Assembly (NCBI GenBank): GCA_001775485.1
Contig: MEWX01000026.1
Span: forward strand, 1-51,977
Direction of reading: 5' to 3'
Length of the DNA: 51,977 nt
Origin: Candidatus Adlerbacteria bacterium RIFCSPLOWO2_01_FULL_51_16
Lineage (GTDB): Bacteria > Patescibacteriota > Minisyncoccia > Phycocordibacterales > SBAW01
Under the pieces are notes generated by a model. That model did no database searches, had not been told where the DNA came from, and saw only the letters and a list, made by a program, of their open reading frames with translations. The position numbers and the translations under genes are program-made. Positions 1 to 10,313 of this stretch are shown in pieces (the stretch's first letter is position 1; each line of letters starts with the position of its first letter).

Positions 1-1482
1 TTCCGTAAAGGCGGTAGTGTTTGCATTCAAATTCGCGGAGGCGGGCTGGAGTCCTTTTATCAGAAGTTCCGCCCGGACAATACCCGGCACATTGAATTGA
101 TACAGTAAGATGACGACCGCTACTCCGACAATCGGTGCGGCGATGGCGAGTGTCTTATCGCCCGTCGGGCGGGAGAGGAACATCCATGCCGGCAATTCTC
201 TGCGCGAGAGCCCGTGGGCAAACGCAAGCAGCATGAAGAAGTAGACGGCGCTTATGAGGTTGTCAAACACAAACATGCTGTGAAAAGCGTACGCGGCTAA
301 GAGCCCCAGGAGTGCCGCTTGCTCGGGAGGTTTTAGAGTATCGGTGCGAAAAATTGCCCACGCGGAAAGTAGAAAGAATGAAATAAAAAGCAAGAAAGCC
401 GGAAGCCCCGCGGCAATCAACCAATCAAGAAACTCGTTGTGGGCACGGTCGAACCATTGCTCCTGCGCGTACATGCGCGGGTCGTAGTATTTATTGAACA
501 CAAAGTTAAAGCTCTCCTGTCCCCAACCGACGATAGGCCGCTCCTGAAAACCCTGATACGCCATGTTCCAAATAAGGAAGCGCGACTGCGTCGTTCTGTC
601 CTCAAGCGAAATGGAGGCCAAGCGCGAGAGCGCGGGAGTATTTTTAATAAACGTTGTGTCTTTGACCCCGAAGAAAACAATGACAAGAACTGCTAATCCT
701 CCGAGAACCCCCCAGGAAATTTTGCGCAATGTTTTCCACTCCGGCGTCTTTGCTTGCCAGGCGATGTAGAGAGCCATAACAACAAGCCCGCCGAGAACTC
801 CTAAGATGGTGCCTCGTGTCTCGGTAAAAAAGAGGGCGATGAATTGCAAAAGGAGTGCCGAGCCGTAAAACGCTTGGAGCCACCCCGAGCGTCGCTCCCG
901 CATGAGCATAAAGAGCGTGAGGAAGATATTGAAGAGCATAAATACCGCGAGGTAGGTTGCGTTGCCGAACGTGGTGTCAACGCGTGGACCGCTCTGAGTA
1001 CTTATCGCGAGCCAGCCGAATACCTGAAACAAGGCGTAGAGCCCCTGGAGTAGGGAGACGCCGATTGAGGTCTGGAAGAAGCGTTCCCACAGGCGATCGG
1101 CGGTCAACACCGCTCCGGCAATAACAAAATAGACAAAAAGATGGAGCACCGTGGCATAGCCTTCCATGCGCTCAAAATTGCTCCAAAAACTTTTTGTGGG
1201 GTCAACGCTGAAAATGGTCGCAACACCTACCCACACGACAAACGCGAGCATCGCCCACATAAGGTAGGAGGAGCGTGGGCGGTATTTCGGCTCGCGGAGC
1301 GCCAAAAGAATATAGAGCCCCAAAAGAATTTCAATAAGAATGCGGAATGCAAAATTTTTCCCCGTAATGTAAGGGAAATACATCGCCGGGAACATCCCTC
1401 CGCTCGCGACAATAAAGGTAACAAACGGAATAAGAAAAAGCCCGGTCAGTGTGCTCCAGCGCAAGGAAGCGGTGTAATTCAT
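1..1482 (-). CDS. O-antigen ligase/Wzy_C-family polytopic membrane protein (partial, runs off window start)
   Basis: Absent from the ORF track because its stop lies outside the window. Manual translation from ATG 1482 gives MNYTASLRWSTLTGLFLIPF...FPYITGKNFAFRILIE...SFWSNFERMEG...RVDTTFGNATYLA...TETRGTILG, the typical O-antigen-ligase/O-OTase pattern. Confidence 0.8.
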   Translation of the reverse strand, partial: MNYTASLRWSTLTGLFLIPFVTFIVASGGMFPAMYFPYITGKNFAFRILIEILLGLYILLALREPKYRPRSSYLMWAMLAFVVWVGVATIFSVDPTKSFWSNFERMEGYATVLHLFVYFVIAGAVLTADRLWERFFQTSIGVSLLQGLYALFQVFGWLAISTQSGPRVDTTFGNATYLAVFMLFNIFLTLFMLMRERRSGWLQAFYGSALLLQFIALFFTETRGTILGVLGGLVVMALYIAWQAKTPEWKTLRKISWGVLGGLAVLVIVFFGVKDTTFIKNTPALSRLASISLEDRTTQSRFLIWNMAYQGFQERPIVGWGQESFNFVFNKYYDPRMYAQEQWFDRAHNEFLDWLIAAGLPAFLLFISFFLLSAWAIFRTDTLKPPEQAALLGLLAAYAFHSMFVFDNLISAVYFFMLLAFAHGLSRRELPAWMFLSRPTGDKTLAIAAPIVGVAVVILLYQFNVPGIVRAELLIKGLQPASANLNANTTAFTE

Positions 1483-1515
1483 ACAGAAATACTATATCAC
1501 TCTGTCGCTCCTGCG

Positions 1516-2655
1516 CTACCGCCCAAGATGTTGCAGAAGATCCTCAATTTCTCTAACCACCGATTCTCGCGTGGTTGATTGTGCTTGTCGTCTTGCCTCT
1601 ACCCTGTCAATCATGGCCGCGTTCATGATGTGGAGCGCGGGCACCTTGCGCCCGGGAGGCACTACAACGCGATGTTTGGGGCCTCGGGGTGGTTGTTCAT
1701 TTTCATCCATGGGCCCGATAATATCCACTGTCGGAATGCCAAATGCCTCCGCGATATAGATGGGGCCCGTGTCGCTCGAAATAAAAAGACGTAACTGGCC
1801 TACGAGCGCTTTCAGCTCTTCAATAGAAAGTTTCCCTGCCGTATCGACAAGGCGCATACGGGGCGGTAGCGCCCTCTTCATCGCGTCTACTTCTTCTTTA
1901 TCGCCCGGAGAACCAACAAGAACAATGGTCGCGGCATGTTTACGCGTAAGCACATCCGCAAGGTAGGCAAAATGCTCCGCTCCCCATACTTTTATTTTAC
2001 TCCCCGCGCTGGGAGCAATACCAACAAGAAAATCCTTTTTAAAATCGCACCCTCTCTCAATAAGCATGCGCCGTATACGCTCAACAGTTTCCGGAGCCAC
2101 GGCAAGTTCTTTGCGGGTATCTTCGCTCATAATGCCAAGCGGTTCCAATAAACGTAGATATTCGCGCGGGGCGTATGAGCCCATGCGGTGAGGCACGACC
2201 GTCGCAAAGCGGGAGAGGATCCGGTACACCCGCGTGTTATACGACGACCATCCGTTCGTAATATACGGCACCGCAACCAGTGGAATCCGTGCACAAAGAA
2301 AAGCGGTGAGCATTTCCGGGTCGGGGCTTGTCATGCAGACGAAATCAAACTTCTCTTCGCGCAAAAACTTCAACAGCGCAAAAAACCCGGGAGGACGTAT
2401 ACGGTACATATCGATACGCGGATGCCCCGCGAGCAGTTCTTTATTGACGGCGTTCCCCATAACAGTGAGGTGCGAGTGCGGGTAGCGTTCCTTTACCGCA
2501 CGGAAGAGCGGAGTCGTGCATACCATATCGCCCAATTTTGATCCCTGTACCACAAGGATATGCCGCGGCACACCCGCCTTTTTGCGCAACATCCACGCAA
2601 CAGGAGTGACTAGGATAAAGAAGATGTTTTTTAGCAAGGCAAAAAAAGAATTCAT
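1516..2655 (-). CDS. Glycosyltransferase family 9 (heptosyltransferase-like)
   Basis: Motifs KLGDMVCTTP...AVK, APSAGSKIKVW, AGKLSIEEL and SSDTGPIYIAEAFG. Confidence 0.88.
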   Translation of the reverse strand: MNSFFALLKNIFFILVTPVAWMLRKKAGVPRHILVVQGSKLGDMVCTTPLFRAVKERYPHSHLTVMGNAVNKELLAGHPRIDMYRIRPPGFFALLKFLREEKFDFVCMTSPDPEMLTAFLCARIPLVAVPYITNGWSSYNTRVYRILSRFATVVPHRMGSYAPREYLRLLEPLGIMSEDTRKELAVAPETVERIRRMLIERGCDFKKDFLVGIAPSAGSKIKVWGAEHFAYLADVLTRKHAATIVLVGSPGDKEEVDAMKRALPPRMRLVDTAGKLSIEELKALVGQLRLFISSDTGPIYIAEAFGIPTVDIIGPMDENEQPPRGPKHRVVVPPGRKVPALHIMNAAMIDRVEARRQAQSTTRESVVREIEDLLQHLGR

Positions 2656-2656
2656 G

Positions 2657-4474
2657 CTATAGCTCTACGCGATAGTGTCGCGCCCATACCTGGAAGGTCA
2701 GTATGGCCCAAAGTAGATGGAGGTGGTAGCCCCCGCTTTCGTGCTCCAAAAACATTTTTTGAACTTCCTGCCAATCAAAGAGTGCAGCGGTAGGCGCGTA
2801 GTACTCTGCGGTGAGCGCCTCTTGCGCAAATGAGCGGAAGGGTTCAGCTCTCAACCACTTTGCGCCGGGAGAAAACCATCCGCGCTTGGGCTGCGAAAAA
2901 AGGTATTTCGGCAATCTGTACGCGAACGCTTTCTTAAGAATCAGTTTGGTGCCCCCGAGCGACACCTTCTTACTTTGGGGAATTTGTGCGGCAAGTTCTA
3001 CAACTTTTTTCCCCAAGAGCGGCACGCGCGCCTCGAGCCCCGCGGACATCGTCATTGTGTCGGTCATTGCGAGCGACTCATCCGCAAGCCAGGTCTGCCG
3101 GTCAACTTCCATGAATTCGTTTTCAAATTCTTGAGAAGAGCCCGAAGAAAGATAGGGCGCAAAAACTTCTTCCACGGGTGGAAGCGTGACTCCCGAGGCG
3201 AGAGCGCGCTGTATCGTGCTTTTTTTCTGCGCCATAAAAAGAGCGATGCGTTCCGTCCCCTTTGTATTAAGTTTGCGGAATGGCCCGTAGGAGGCGAGTA
3301 TACGGCGCAGGAGTGAGGGGGTAAAACGCCGGTACATGCTCGCGATTAAACTCCGGCGGTAACGCTCGTAGCCGCCGAAGAGCTCGTCGCCCCCGTCTCC
3401 GCCCAAAACCACAACCGCGGTTTGCCTTGCGAATTGCGCGAGCGCGTACATAGGCAGTATCGTCGGATTTGCGATTGGTTCTCCCAAATGTGCGACCGCT
3501 TCAGGAAATATCCTGACCGCATCGGAAGCGGAAAACAGCACCTCGTGATGGCGGGCGCCATACAGCTGCGCGGTTCTCCGTGCAAGATCAAAGTCGGCGT
3601 TAAATTTTTCTTTTTGTTCTTCTTCCGTTAACTCAAACCCGACCGAAAATGTATTCACATTTTTGTGCACCCGGCAAACCGAGTCGAGCACGACGCTTGA
3701 ATCAATGCCGCCGGAGAGATAGACACCAACAGGGCGGTCGGAAATAAGTTGCCGCTTAACCGACTCATCTATTTCTTTCTCAACCCGCTCCCGCCATTCC
3801 CCCGCCGCAAGCGGCCGCTTGGTGTCCCGCGCGTTCCAATAGCGCTCAAATGTAAGCGCTCCGCTCCGGACATAACCGCGCGATGCAGCCGGAAGCTTCA
3901 TAACTCCCTCAATCATCCCCTCCGGAGAGGGAGGGTAGAGAAGCTGCAGATATAGCCCGAATGATTTTTTATTGAGCCGGCGCGGAATGGGGTGCACCAA
4001 AAGCCCCGCGATTTCAGAAGAAAAAATAAACTTACCCTCTTTCTGCCAATAAAAAAATGGTTTGATGCCCTGATGGTCGCGCGCAACAAAGAGTTCTTTT
4101 TTTTCTTTGTCCCATAGCGCAAGAGCAAACATCCCGTCAAAATGTTCAACACACTCCTTACCCCAGCGAGTGTAAGCCGCAAGTATCACCTCCGTATCCC
4201 CCGTTGTTTTAAACGGATAGGGCGCAAGTTCTTCCCGCAACTCTTTGAAATTATAAATCTGTCCGTTAAAAACGATTGCGTAGCGCCCGCTTGCGTCGTG
4301 CATCGGTTGGTTAGCTTCTGCGGAGAGGTCGAGTATTGCCAGGCGGTTGTGCGCAAGCGTGATACCTTCCTGCGTGTATATCGCGGTCGCGTCCGGGCCC
4401 CGGTGTTTGGTCGCCTCATTCATTGCTCTGCCTAGCGCCTCATCGCCCCAGGTAAAGCCATTTATTGAACACAT
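2657..4474 (-). CDS. asnB: Asparagine synthase (glutamine-hydrolyzing) family amidotransferase
   Basis: N-terminal Cys2 (MCSING), HRGPD, HNRLAILDL, FNGQIYN, LSGGIDSS, GDGGDELFGGY, EARVP. Confidence 0.92.
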   Translation of the reverse strand: MCSINGFTWGDEALGRAMNEATKHRGPDATAIYTQEGITLAHNRLAILDLSAEANQPMHDASGRYAIVFNGQIYNFKELREELAPYPFKTTGDTEVILAAYTRWGKECVEHFDGMFALALWDKEKKELFVARDHQGIKPFFYWQKEGKFIFSSEIAGLLVHPIPRRLNKKSFGLYLQLLYPPSPEGMIEGVMKLPAASRGYVRSGALTFERYWNARDTKRPLAAGEWRERVEKEIDESVKRQLISDRPVGVYLSGGIDSSVVLDSVCRVHKNVNTFSVGFELTEEEQKEKFNADFDLARRTAQLYGARHHEVLFSASDAVRIFPEAVAHLGEPIANPTILPMYALAQFARQTAVVVLGGDGGDELFGGYERYRRSLIASMYRRFTPSLLRRILASYGPFRKLNTKGTERIALFMAQKKSTIQRALASGVTLPPVEEVFAPYLSSGSSQEFENEFMEVDRQTWLADESLAMTDTMTMSAGLEARVPLLGKKVVELAAQIPQSKKVSLGGTKLILKKAFAYRLPKYLFSQPKRGWFSPGAKWLRAEPFRSFAQEALTAEYYAPTAALFDWQEVQKMFLEHESGGYHLHLLWAILTFQVWARHYRVEL

Positions 4475-4545
4475 AGGACTACTATAACTCCCTGTACAAG
4501 TAAACGGTTAGCGTCCTAAACTCGTCTCTTCTAAATAGAGAGAAT

Positions 4546-5496
4546 TCATTCCGGATGCTTCACGGTTATATTTACGGAGTCCTCAACAATGTAGCGCGGA
4601 CGCCTCTTCACCTCATCAAAAATTGCTCCAATGTATTCTCCCAACACGCCCAAAAAGATCAACTGCACTCCGCCAAATATGGAGAGCAAAACCACAACCG
4701 TCGCCCAGCCGGCCGGCAAGGAGCTGCTGGTAAGAGATTGAATGACGGTAATAATGGCCACGATAAAGCCAATGAGCGCAAACAGTGCGCCAACAATAAT
4801 CGCTGCACGCAGCGGCACTTTGCTAAAAGATATAATACCCGCTACCGCAAGCTGCAGTAATCGCGCAAGAGAATATTTGCTTGCACCCGCATAGCGCCGT
4901 CCGGTGGTAAAGTGCACCTCCGATTGTTTGAAACCAACCCAGCGTATAATGCCGCGCAAGAACATGTTCCGCTCCCCTATATCGGAGCGGATAACCTCCA
5001 CCACCCGGCCGGACATGAGCCTAAAGTCGGATGCGTTCTCGCTTATGGGAACCTCTGACATCTTATTAAGAAACCAATAGAAGAGTTTGCCTATAATCCG
5101 GCGCAGTAGACCAACGCTCTCGGTATCGTTGCGCACTGTGTAGACAATATCGTTTCCCTTTTCATACTCAGCGATAAGTGCGGGTATAACCGAAGGCGGA
5201 TGTTGCAGATCAGAATCCATCGTAATGACGACATCTGAGAGCGCGTGGTCAAGACCGGCAAGAAGCGCCATTTGATGTCCAAAATTTCTTGAAAAGCGAA
5301 TAGCCCGCACGTGCGTATCGGACCGTGCGATATGACGTAAGGTCTCATACGTGTTGTCTTTGCTGCCGTCGTCGACAAAGAGAATGTACGAGTCGTAGTG
5401 AGAAAGCTTTGTAAGCTGTTCTTTAAGGACCGCCGCAAAGTGAGCGATGCCTTCCCCTTCGTTATACGCAGGGCACACTATGGTTAAGGTTTTCAT
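4546..5496 (-). CDS. GT2 glycosyltransferase (GtrB/ArnC-like, two C-terminal TM helices)
   Basis: PAYNE, VDDGSKD, SRNFGHQ, MDSDLQHPP, GEYIG...KRRPRY. Confidence 0.9.
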   Translation of the reverse strand: MKTLTIVCPAYNEGEGIAHFAAVLKEQLTKLSHYDSYILFVDDGSKDNTYETLRHIARSDTHVRAIRFSRNFGHQMALLAGLDHALSDVVITMDSDLQHPPSVIPALIAEYEKGNDIVYTVRNDTESVGLLRRIIGKLFYWFLNKMSEVPISENASDFRLMSGRVVEVIRSDIGERNMFLRGIIRWVGFKQSEVHFTTGRRYAGASKYSLARLLQLAVAGIISFSKVPLRAAIIVGALFALIGFIVAIITVIQSLTSSSLPAGWATVVVLLSIFGGVQLIFLGVLGEYIGAIFDEVKRRPRYIVEDSVNITVKHPE

Positions 5497-7709
5497 ATCG
5501 ATTTTTCTTTAACACGCATCCGCTCTTTTGAAACTTTAGAGACCGTGGGAATCTCTTCTGCAATGTAGATGCGGGGGACAATGCTCTTTCGTAACTTATT
5601 TTTGTCATAAGTCAATTCCTCATGTATTTTCTCTCCGGGCCGGATGCCTGTGATAGTAATGGGAATGTCAATGTAGGGCTCAAGCCCGTGGATGCGTATG
5701 AGGTTTATGGCAAAATCCAATATTTTTATAGGTTCTCCCATATCAAGCAGCAGGATCTGGCCGTTCTTTGCGATTATCCAGGAAAGAAGCACCAGTGAAA
5801 CCGCCTCGGGGATGGACATAAAATACCGCGTCATGTCTGCGTGTGTTATGGTGACGGCGCTGTGAGCGCGAATTTGACGCAGAAAAATCGGTAGCACGCT
5901 GCCCGATGAATTAAGCACGTTTCCGAAGCGTACCGCACAAAAGCGCTTGCCGGGGTTTTTTTGCGCGAACTCCTGCACAAGTAGCTCTGCTTTTCGCTTA
6001 CTGCTACCCATGACGCTCGAAGGATTGACCGCCTTATCGGTTGATACCAGGACAAAGTCGGCAATGTCGTATTTTTGAGCCAGATCCAGGACATTTTTTG
6101 TTCCGAGATAGTTCGTTTTATACGCTTCGTCGGAATTTTCTTCCATTAACGGCACATGTTTATAGGCGGCTGCATGTACGATGACATCAACGCGGTGATT
6201 TTTTAGTATTTCCTCTACACGCTCCCGATCGCGGATATTTCCGATGTACGCTTTAAGCAACGGTCGGTCGGCATCTTTGATCGCGCGTAGTGCTTCGAGC
6301 ATATTAAAAATCCCTTCCTCCCACGAATCGAGGATAATGACACATTTTGCTTTTGAGTCGTACAGTTGACGGACGATTTCGCTCCCGATAGAGCCTGCTC
6401 CACCCGTTACTAAAAAGGTCTTACCTTTAGCTTTTTGAGAGATGCGTTCCTGTTCGGTCTTGATAAGAGGCCTCCCCACCAGGTCGGACGGGTCAATGTC
6501 ACGCACATATGAAAAATCGACCTTCCCCAAGATGATAGAAGAGACGCTCGGCAAAACTTTGATGGATACGTGCACGGGCAGGAGGCTCGTAACCTGATTC
6601 ACCATTTCTTTACCGATCGAAGGGGTCGAAACAAGCACTTGTTCTATCGATTTTTCTTCTATTATATCCGGCAGATCGTTCACGGTGCCCAGCACCTTAA
6701 AACCGCTTATCAGTTTGCCCTGCTTCTTTTTATCGTCATCGACAAACCCGAGGACCAGAATATCGGTGCGGTTCTCCTTTTTGATCTCTTTGACGAGCAT
6801 TTCGCCGGCTACACCTGCCCCGACGATGAGCACCCGCTTTTTATTGCCCAACAGCGCGCGCACCCCTTCCTCAAGGGTTGTAGTCGCTTCCCATCCGAGC
6901 AGGCGCTTGGCTTTCGCCACATTCGCTATCGAACAGGTAAAAGTTTTTGAACCTTCGGTAATGGTGTACTCCTTATTCACGAGCGAGCCGAAGATCTTTA
7001 CCATATCGCCGAGTGTTGTTCCCCGCCCCGACCCTATGTTGATTATTTCATACCGGCCTCCCTTTTTTGTCTCAAGTGCCGCAAAAATTGCTTGCATAAT
7101 ATCCTCAAGCGCAACCAGGTCGCGGACATCGCGCTTGCTACCGATTTTTATTTCTCCGGTAAATGCAGGGCCGAACTGTTCAAACAGGGCTTCAAAAAGA
7201 GTCGGCCTGCCCGTAAGTCCCGGTGAGGATTGTTTTGGAAAACCCATCACGTTAAAGATCCGTAGCGTTTGCGTTTTTATCCGGTGCTTTTTTGCGAACT
7301 CCTTTATAAGTGCCGTTTGCGCGACCTTGCTTTGGCCGTAAACATTTACCGGTTTTTCCCTAGAGGTCTCTAAAAAAGGTTTGGGTCCGACTCCATATTC
7401 CGCGGCAGAGCCTATATGCACGAGACGCTTTATTGCCGTGTGTTTCTCAAGCACTTTTAAAAGCTTTTTTGTCTCCTCAACGTTCGCCGCATGATACAGG
7501 TCATCGTGCACTGTCCCTTTTTTTGTTTTCGAATACGGAGTCAAGCCAGCAAAATGGACAACTTCCGTAATATCGGAAGGTATGTCCTCCGGGTCTTTTC
7601 GATCATAGAGCACATAGGGAACAGCTTTTTTACGCAAAAAGGCCGCAAACGCGCCCCCCAAAAAGCCATTACCGCCCGTAATAAGCACCCTCCTGCCCTT
7701 CATCTCCAT
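5493..7709 (-). CDS. Fusion of an NAD-dependent epimerase (extended SDR) with a PglF/CapD-type nucleotide-sugar dehydratase
   Basis: N-terminal TGGNGFLG...YGQSK; middle LIVGAGVAG...GFVDDD; C-terminal VTGGAGSIGSE, HAAAYKHVP, STDKAVNP, VRFGNVL, RPGEK. Confidence 0.85.
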   Translation of the reverse strand: MEMKGRRVLITGGNGFLGGAFAAFLRKKAVPYVLYDRKDPEDIPSDITEVVHFAGLTPYSKTKKGTVHDDLYHAANVEETKKLLKVLEKHTAIKRLVHIGSAAEYGVGPKPFLETSREKPVNVYGQSKVAQTALIKEFAKKHRIKTQTLRIFNVMGFPKQSSPGLTGRPTLFEALFEQFGPAFTGEIKIGSKRDVRDLVALEDIMQAIFAALETKKGGRYEIINIGSGRGTTLGDMVKIFGSLVNKEYTITEGSKTFTCSIANVAKAKRLLGWEATTTLEEGVRALLGNKKRVLIVGAGVAGEMLVKEIKKENRTDILVLGFVDDDKKKQGKLISGFKVLGTVNDLPDIIEEKSIEQVLVSTPSIGKEMVNQVTSLLPVHVSIKVLPSVSSIILGKVDFSYVRDIDPSDLVGRPLIKTEQERISQKAKGKTFLVTGGAGSIGSEIVRQLYDSKAKCVIILDSWEEGIFNMLEALRAIKDADRPLLKAYIGNIRDRERVEEILKNHRVDVIVHAAAYKHVPLMEENSDEAYKTNYLGTKNVLDLAQKYDIADFVLVSTDKAVNPSSVMGSSKRKAELLVQEFAQKNPGKRFCAVRFGNVLNSSGSVLPIFLRQIRAHSAVTITHADMTRYFMSIPEAVSLVLLSWIIAKNGQILLLDMGEPIKILDFAINLIRIHGLEPYIDIPITITGIRPGEKIHEELTYDKNKLRKSIVPRIYIAEEIPTVSKVSKERMRVKEKSI

Positions 7710-7776
7710 GGTGTGTAGCCTACCGTATTTCCCTATAGAACTCTAGATATGCCGGAGAGGTTATACATGAGGTACT

Positions 7777-9042
7777 ATGGACACCATAATGCCACCCGAA
7801 AATCGTAAAAAAGCGCTTCGCGTTCTGATTCTTACCTATGTATATACAGACGGTGACCCGCGCTACGGAGGAGAAGGCAGGGTGGTTTGGGAGACGACAC
7901 AGGCTCTTGCGCGCGCGGGAGTTAAGGTATTTGTCGTTACCTCAATGAAAAATCTTAAAACCTCTCCTTATCCCAATATCACACTTTACAAAATCCCCTT
8001 CGCCAAGAAAGATTTTCTTAATTTCAACCACGGAGAACTCTTAAAAATATTTTTGTTTTCTATTCCGCTCCTTTTCCTCAAGCGGATAGATATCATTCAT
8101 CATCTCCCCACCAACGGCCCGAATCCGTTCGCGCGTTTTAAATTCGGCAGAATCTTTGCGGAGAGCGCGGACCCGGCGTGGGATTATATGAACCCCAAGT
8201 TCGGCAAAGAGTTACAGCTCGATAACGCGCAAAAATCGCAAGCAGCCGGCTACACTACCACTCGACGCGACCTCTCATCCCGCATAGCGCTTAGGTTTTT
8301 TAACATAATCGGAGTTAATGAAAAATTCCCCAAGGGAACGGATATATTTTTCTACCGAGCGCGAAGTTTGCGCCCAACTCTTGAGGCCGTGCGGCCGGAA
8401 AGCGAGCTCAAATATGTCCCCAATGGCGTCGATACAAAAGAATTTTCGCCTGATAGAAAGCCTCTGTTTAGCCGCACTCAAAAGGGTCTCCGGTTCCTCC
8501 ACGTAGGAAGTGTCTCCCGCAGAAAGGGGGTGCACCATCTTATACATGCCTTTATTTCAGTTCTGCCGAAACACCCCGAGAGCGAGCTGTTTATCGTCGG
8601 GAGAGGTGAATCCGGTTTCGTCGATGAGCTGAAGAAAGCCGCCTCCGCCTACCCGCAGATCAAGTTTTTTGACAATGTTTCCAATAAAGACCTTCCGGGC
8701 GCGTACACATCGGCAGATGTCTTTTGCTTGGTGCCTCTTAGCGGCTCAACCCCGACAGTCATGGGCGAAGCGTTTGCGTCGGGACTTCCTGTTCTGGTAA
8801 CCAAAGAAAGCGGGAGCGGCGAAGCGGTCGAGGAGCACGATGCCGGTTTTTTGGTTGAGCCGGGCGATGAAAAAGACCTCGCGGAAATGATGACTCGCCT
8901 GATAGAAAACAAGGACTTGTCCCGCTCAAAGGGAAAGAACGCACTCCTCGCTTCACAATTTTTTTCTTGGGATTATATTGCGCGTGCACTCATCAGCGGA
9001 TACGAACATATCCTGCAGATCAGAAAAAATTCTTCCCTATGA
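7777..9042 (+). CDS. GT4 glycosyltransferase
   Basis: VPNGVD, VGSVSRRKG, EAFASGLPVL; GT-B fold pattern. Confidence 0.88.
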   Translation: MDTIMPPENRKKALRVLILTYVYTDGDPRYGGEGRVVWETTQALARAGVKVFVVTSMKNLKTSPYPNITLYKIPFAKKDFLNFNHGELLKIFLFSIPLLFLKRIDIIHHLPTNGPNPFARFKFGRIFAESADPAWDYMNPKFGKELQLDNAQKSQAAGYTTTRRDLSSRIALRFFNIIGVNEKFPKGTDIFFYRARSLRPTLEAVRPESELKYVPNGVDTKEFSPDRKPLFSRTQKGLRFLHVGSVSRRKGVHHLIHAFISVLPKHPESELFIVGRGESGFVDELKKAASAYPQIKFFDNVSNKDLPGAYTSADVFCLVPLSGSTPTVMGEAFASGLPVLVTKESGSGEAVEEHDAGFLVEPGDEKDLAEMMTRLIENKDLSRSKGKNALLASQFFSWDYIARALISGYEHILQIRKNSSL

Positions 9043-10313
9043 CGACCGTAAATACTCCGCGAGGCAAACTCCATTCGTTATTGCGTTGGAGCGAGAAATA
9101 TATGAAAACCGATATGGTGTATCTCGCCGAGGGCGGTTTTTGGATAAGTGTGGGGACCTTTGTCACCGCCTGTTCGTCTTTTGTCCTCTCCATCGCCTTC
9201 GCCAACCTGATACCGGTTACGGTATACGGTATCTACAAATACATTATTTCGATTGCGGCGATACTTAACGCCTTCACCTTAAACGGTCTTGATATTGCCG
9301 TGACCGCGGCCGTGTCGCGCGGAAAAGAGGGGGTATTGCGGCAAGCGTTTACTACAAACTTGTGGTGGAGCATCCCAAGCAGTGTCGTTGCAATTGGGGG
9401 TGCCTCGTACTACTTTATTAACGACAATTCAGTGTTCGGGATCGCCCTTTTGTGTATTGCGCTCTTGCAACCTCTTACCGTAAGCGTCAACTTCGGAGCG
9501 GCATATCTTGTGGGGAGGCGTTCATTCAAAGAGCTCGCCCTTTTTTATACGGTCGACAACATCATACCGACTCTCGCGCTCATCGGAGTCATGCAGGTTT
9601 CAAAAAGTGCCTTGGTCATCATCGTAACCTATTTTCTCTCCAATCTCGCGACAACCGCGGCCATGTATTGGTATGTGCTGTGGCGCTTCAAGCCAAATAC
9701 TGAAAAAGACGACCACGCTATCACGTACGGCAAACACCTCTCCGCAATGAACATACTCGCAAATGTCGCGGACAACTTTGACAAAATCCTCACTTTCCAG
9801 TTGTTGGGTCCCGCCGAGCTCGCTATATACTCCTTTGCGTTGGCGCTCCCCTCGCAGACAAAACTTATTACAAAGCCTCTTTTCAATCTTATCTTTCCAA
9901 AATTTTCGGTACGGCCGGAGGGGGAACTGCGTCAGAGCATGGGTGAAAAGACACTGCGCTTTTTTATCGCCGGGGTAGTACTCGCTACTGGGTACATACT
10001 CGTAGCACCTATCGCCTTTAAGATATTTTATCCCCAGTACGAAAGCGCGGTGTTCCTCTCCCAAATATTCGCCCTATCGATGCTTGCGGTTACCGCGACA
10101 CCCATGGGCACATTCATCAGCGCGAAGCGCAAAGTCCGCGCACAATACATTATGAACATCGGCATAAGCATCTTTCAGCTTGCCTCTGCGGTTGTGGGGA
10201 TACTATTTGCGGGTCTTCTCGGGCTTATTCTTGCGCGCGTAGCGACACGGTTCGTAGGCGCCTTTTCTGCCGTCTTTTTCTATTACACCGACCGAAGTGG
10301 AGAGACCCTATGA
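9039..10313 (+). CDS. Wzx-like oligosaccharide flippase
   Basis: About 12 hydrophobic segments with YGIYKY and DKIL...LLGPAELAIYS motifs. ATG at 9039 overlaps the previous stop (ATGA), so it is preferred to the ORF-track start at 8967. Confidence 0.8.
   Translation: MTTVNTPRGKLHSLLRWSEKYMKTDMVYLAEGGFWISVGTFVTACSSFVLSIAFANLIPVTVYGIYKYIISIAAILNAFTLNGLDIAVTAAVSRGKEGVLRQAFTTNLWWSIPSSVVAIGGASYYFINDNSVFGIALLCIALLQPLTVSVNFGAAYLVGRRSFKELALFYTVDNIIPTLALIGVMQVSKSALVIIVTYFLSNLATTAAMYWYVLWRFKPNTEKDDHAITYGKHLSAMNILANVADNFDKILTFQLLGPAELAIYSFALALPSQTKLITKPLFNLIFPKFSVRPEGELRQSMGEKTLRFFIAGVVLATGYILVAPIAFKIFYPQYESAVFLSQIFALSMLAVTATPMGTFISAKRKVRAQYIMNIGISIFQLASAVVGILFAGLLGLILARVATRFVGAFSAVFFYYTDRSGETL

Noticed and set aside
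6685-7341. 218-aa plus-strand ORF, and similar shadow ORFs such as 17118-17846, 10283-10846, 32559-33086 and 42371-42910
   Set aside because: They are antisense to well-supported genes and have no recognisable motifs.
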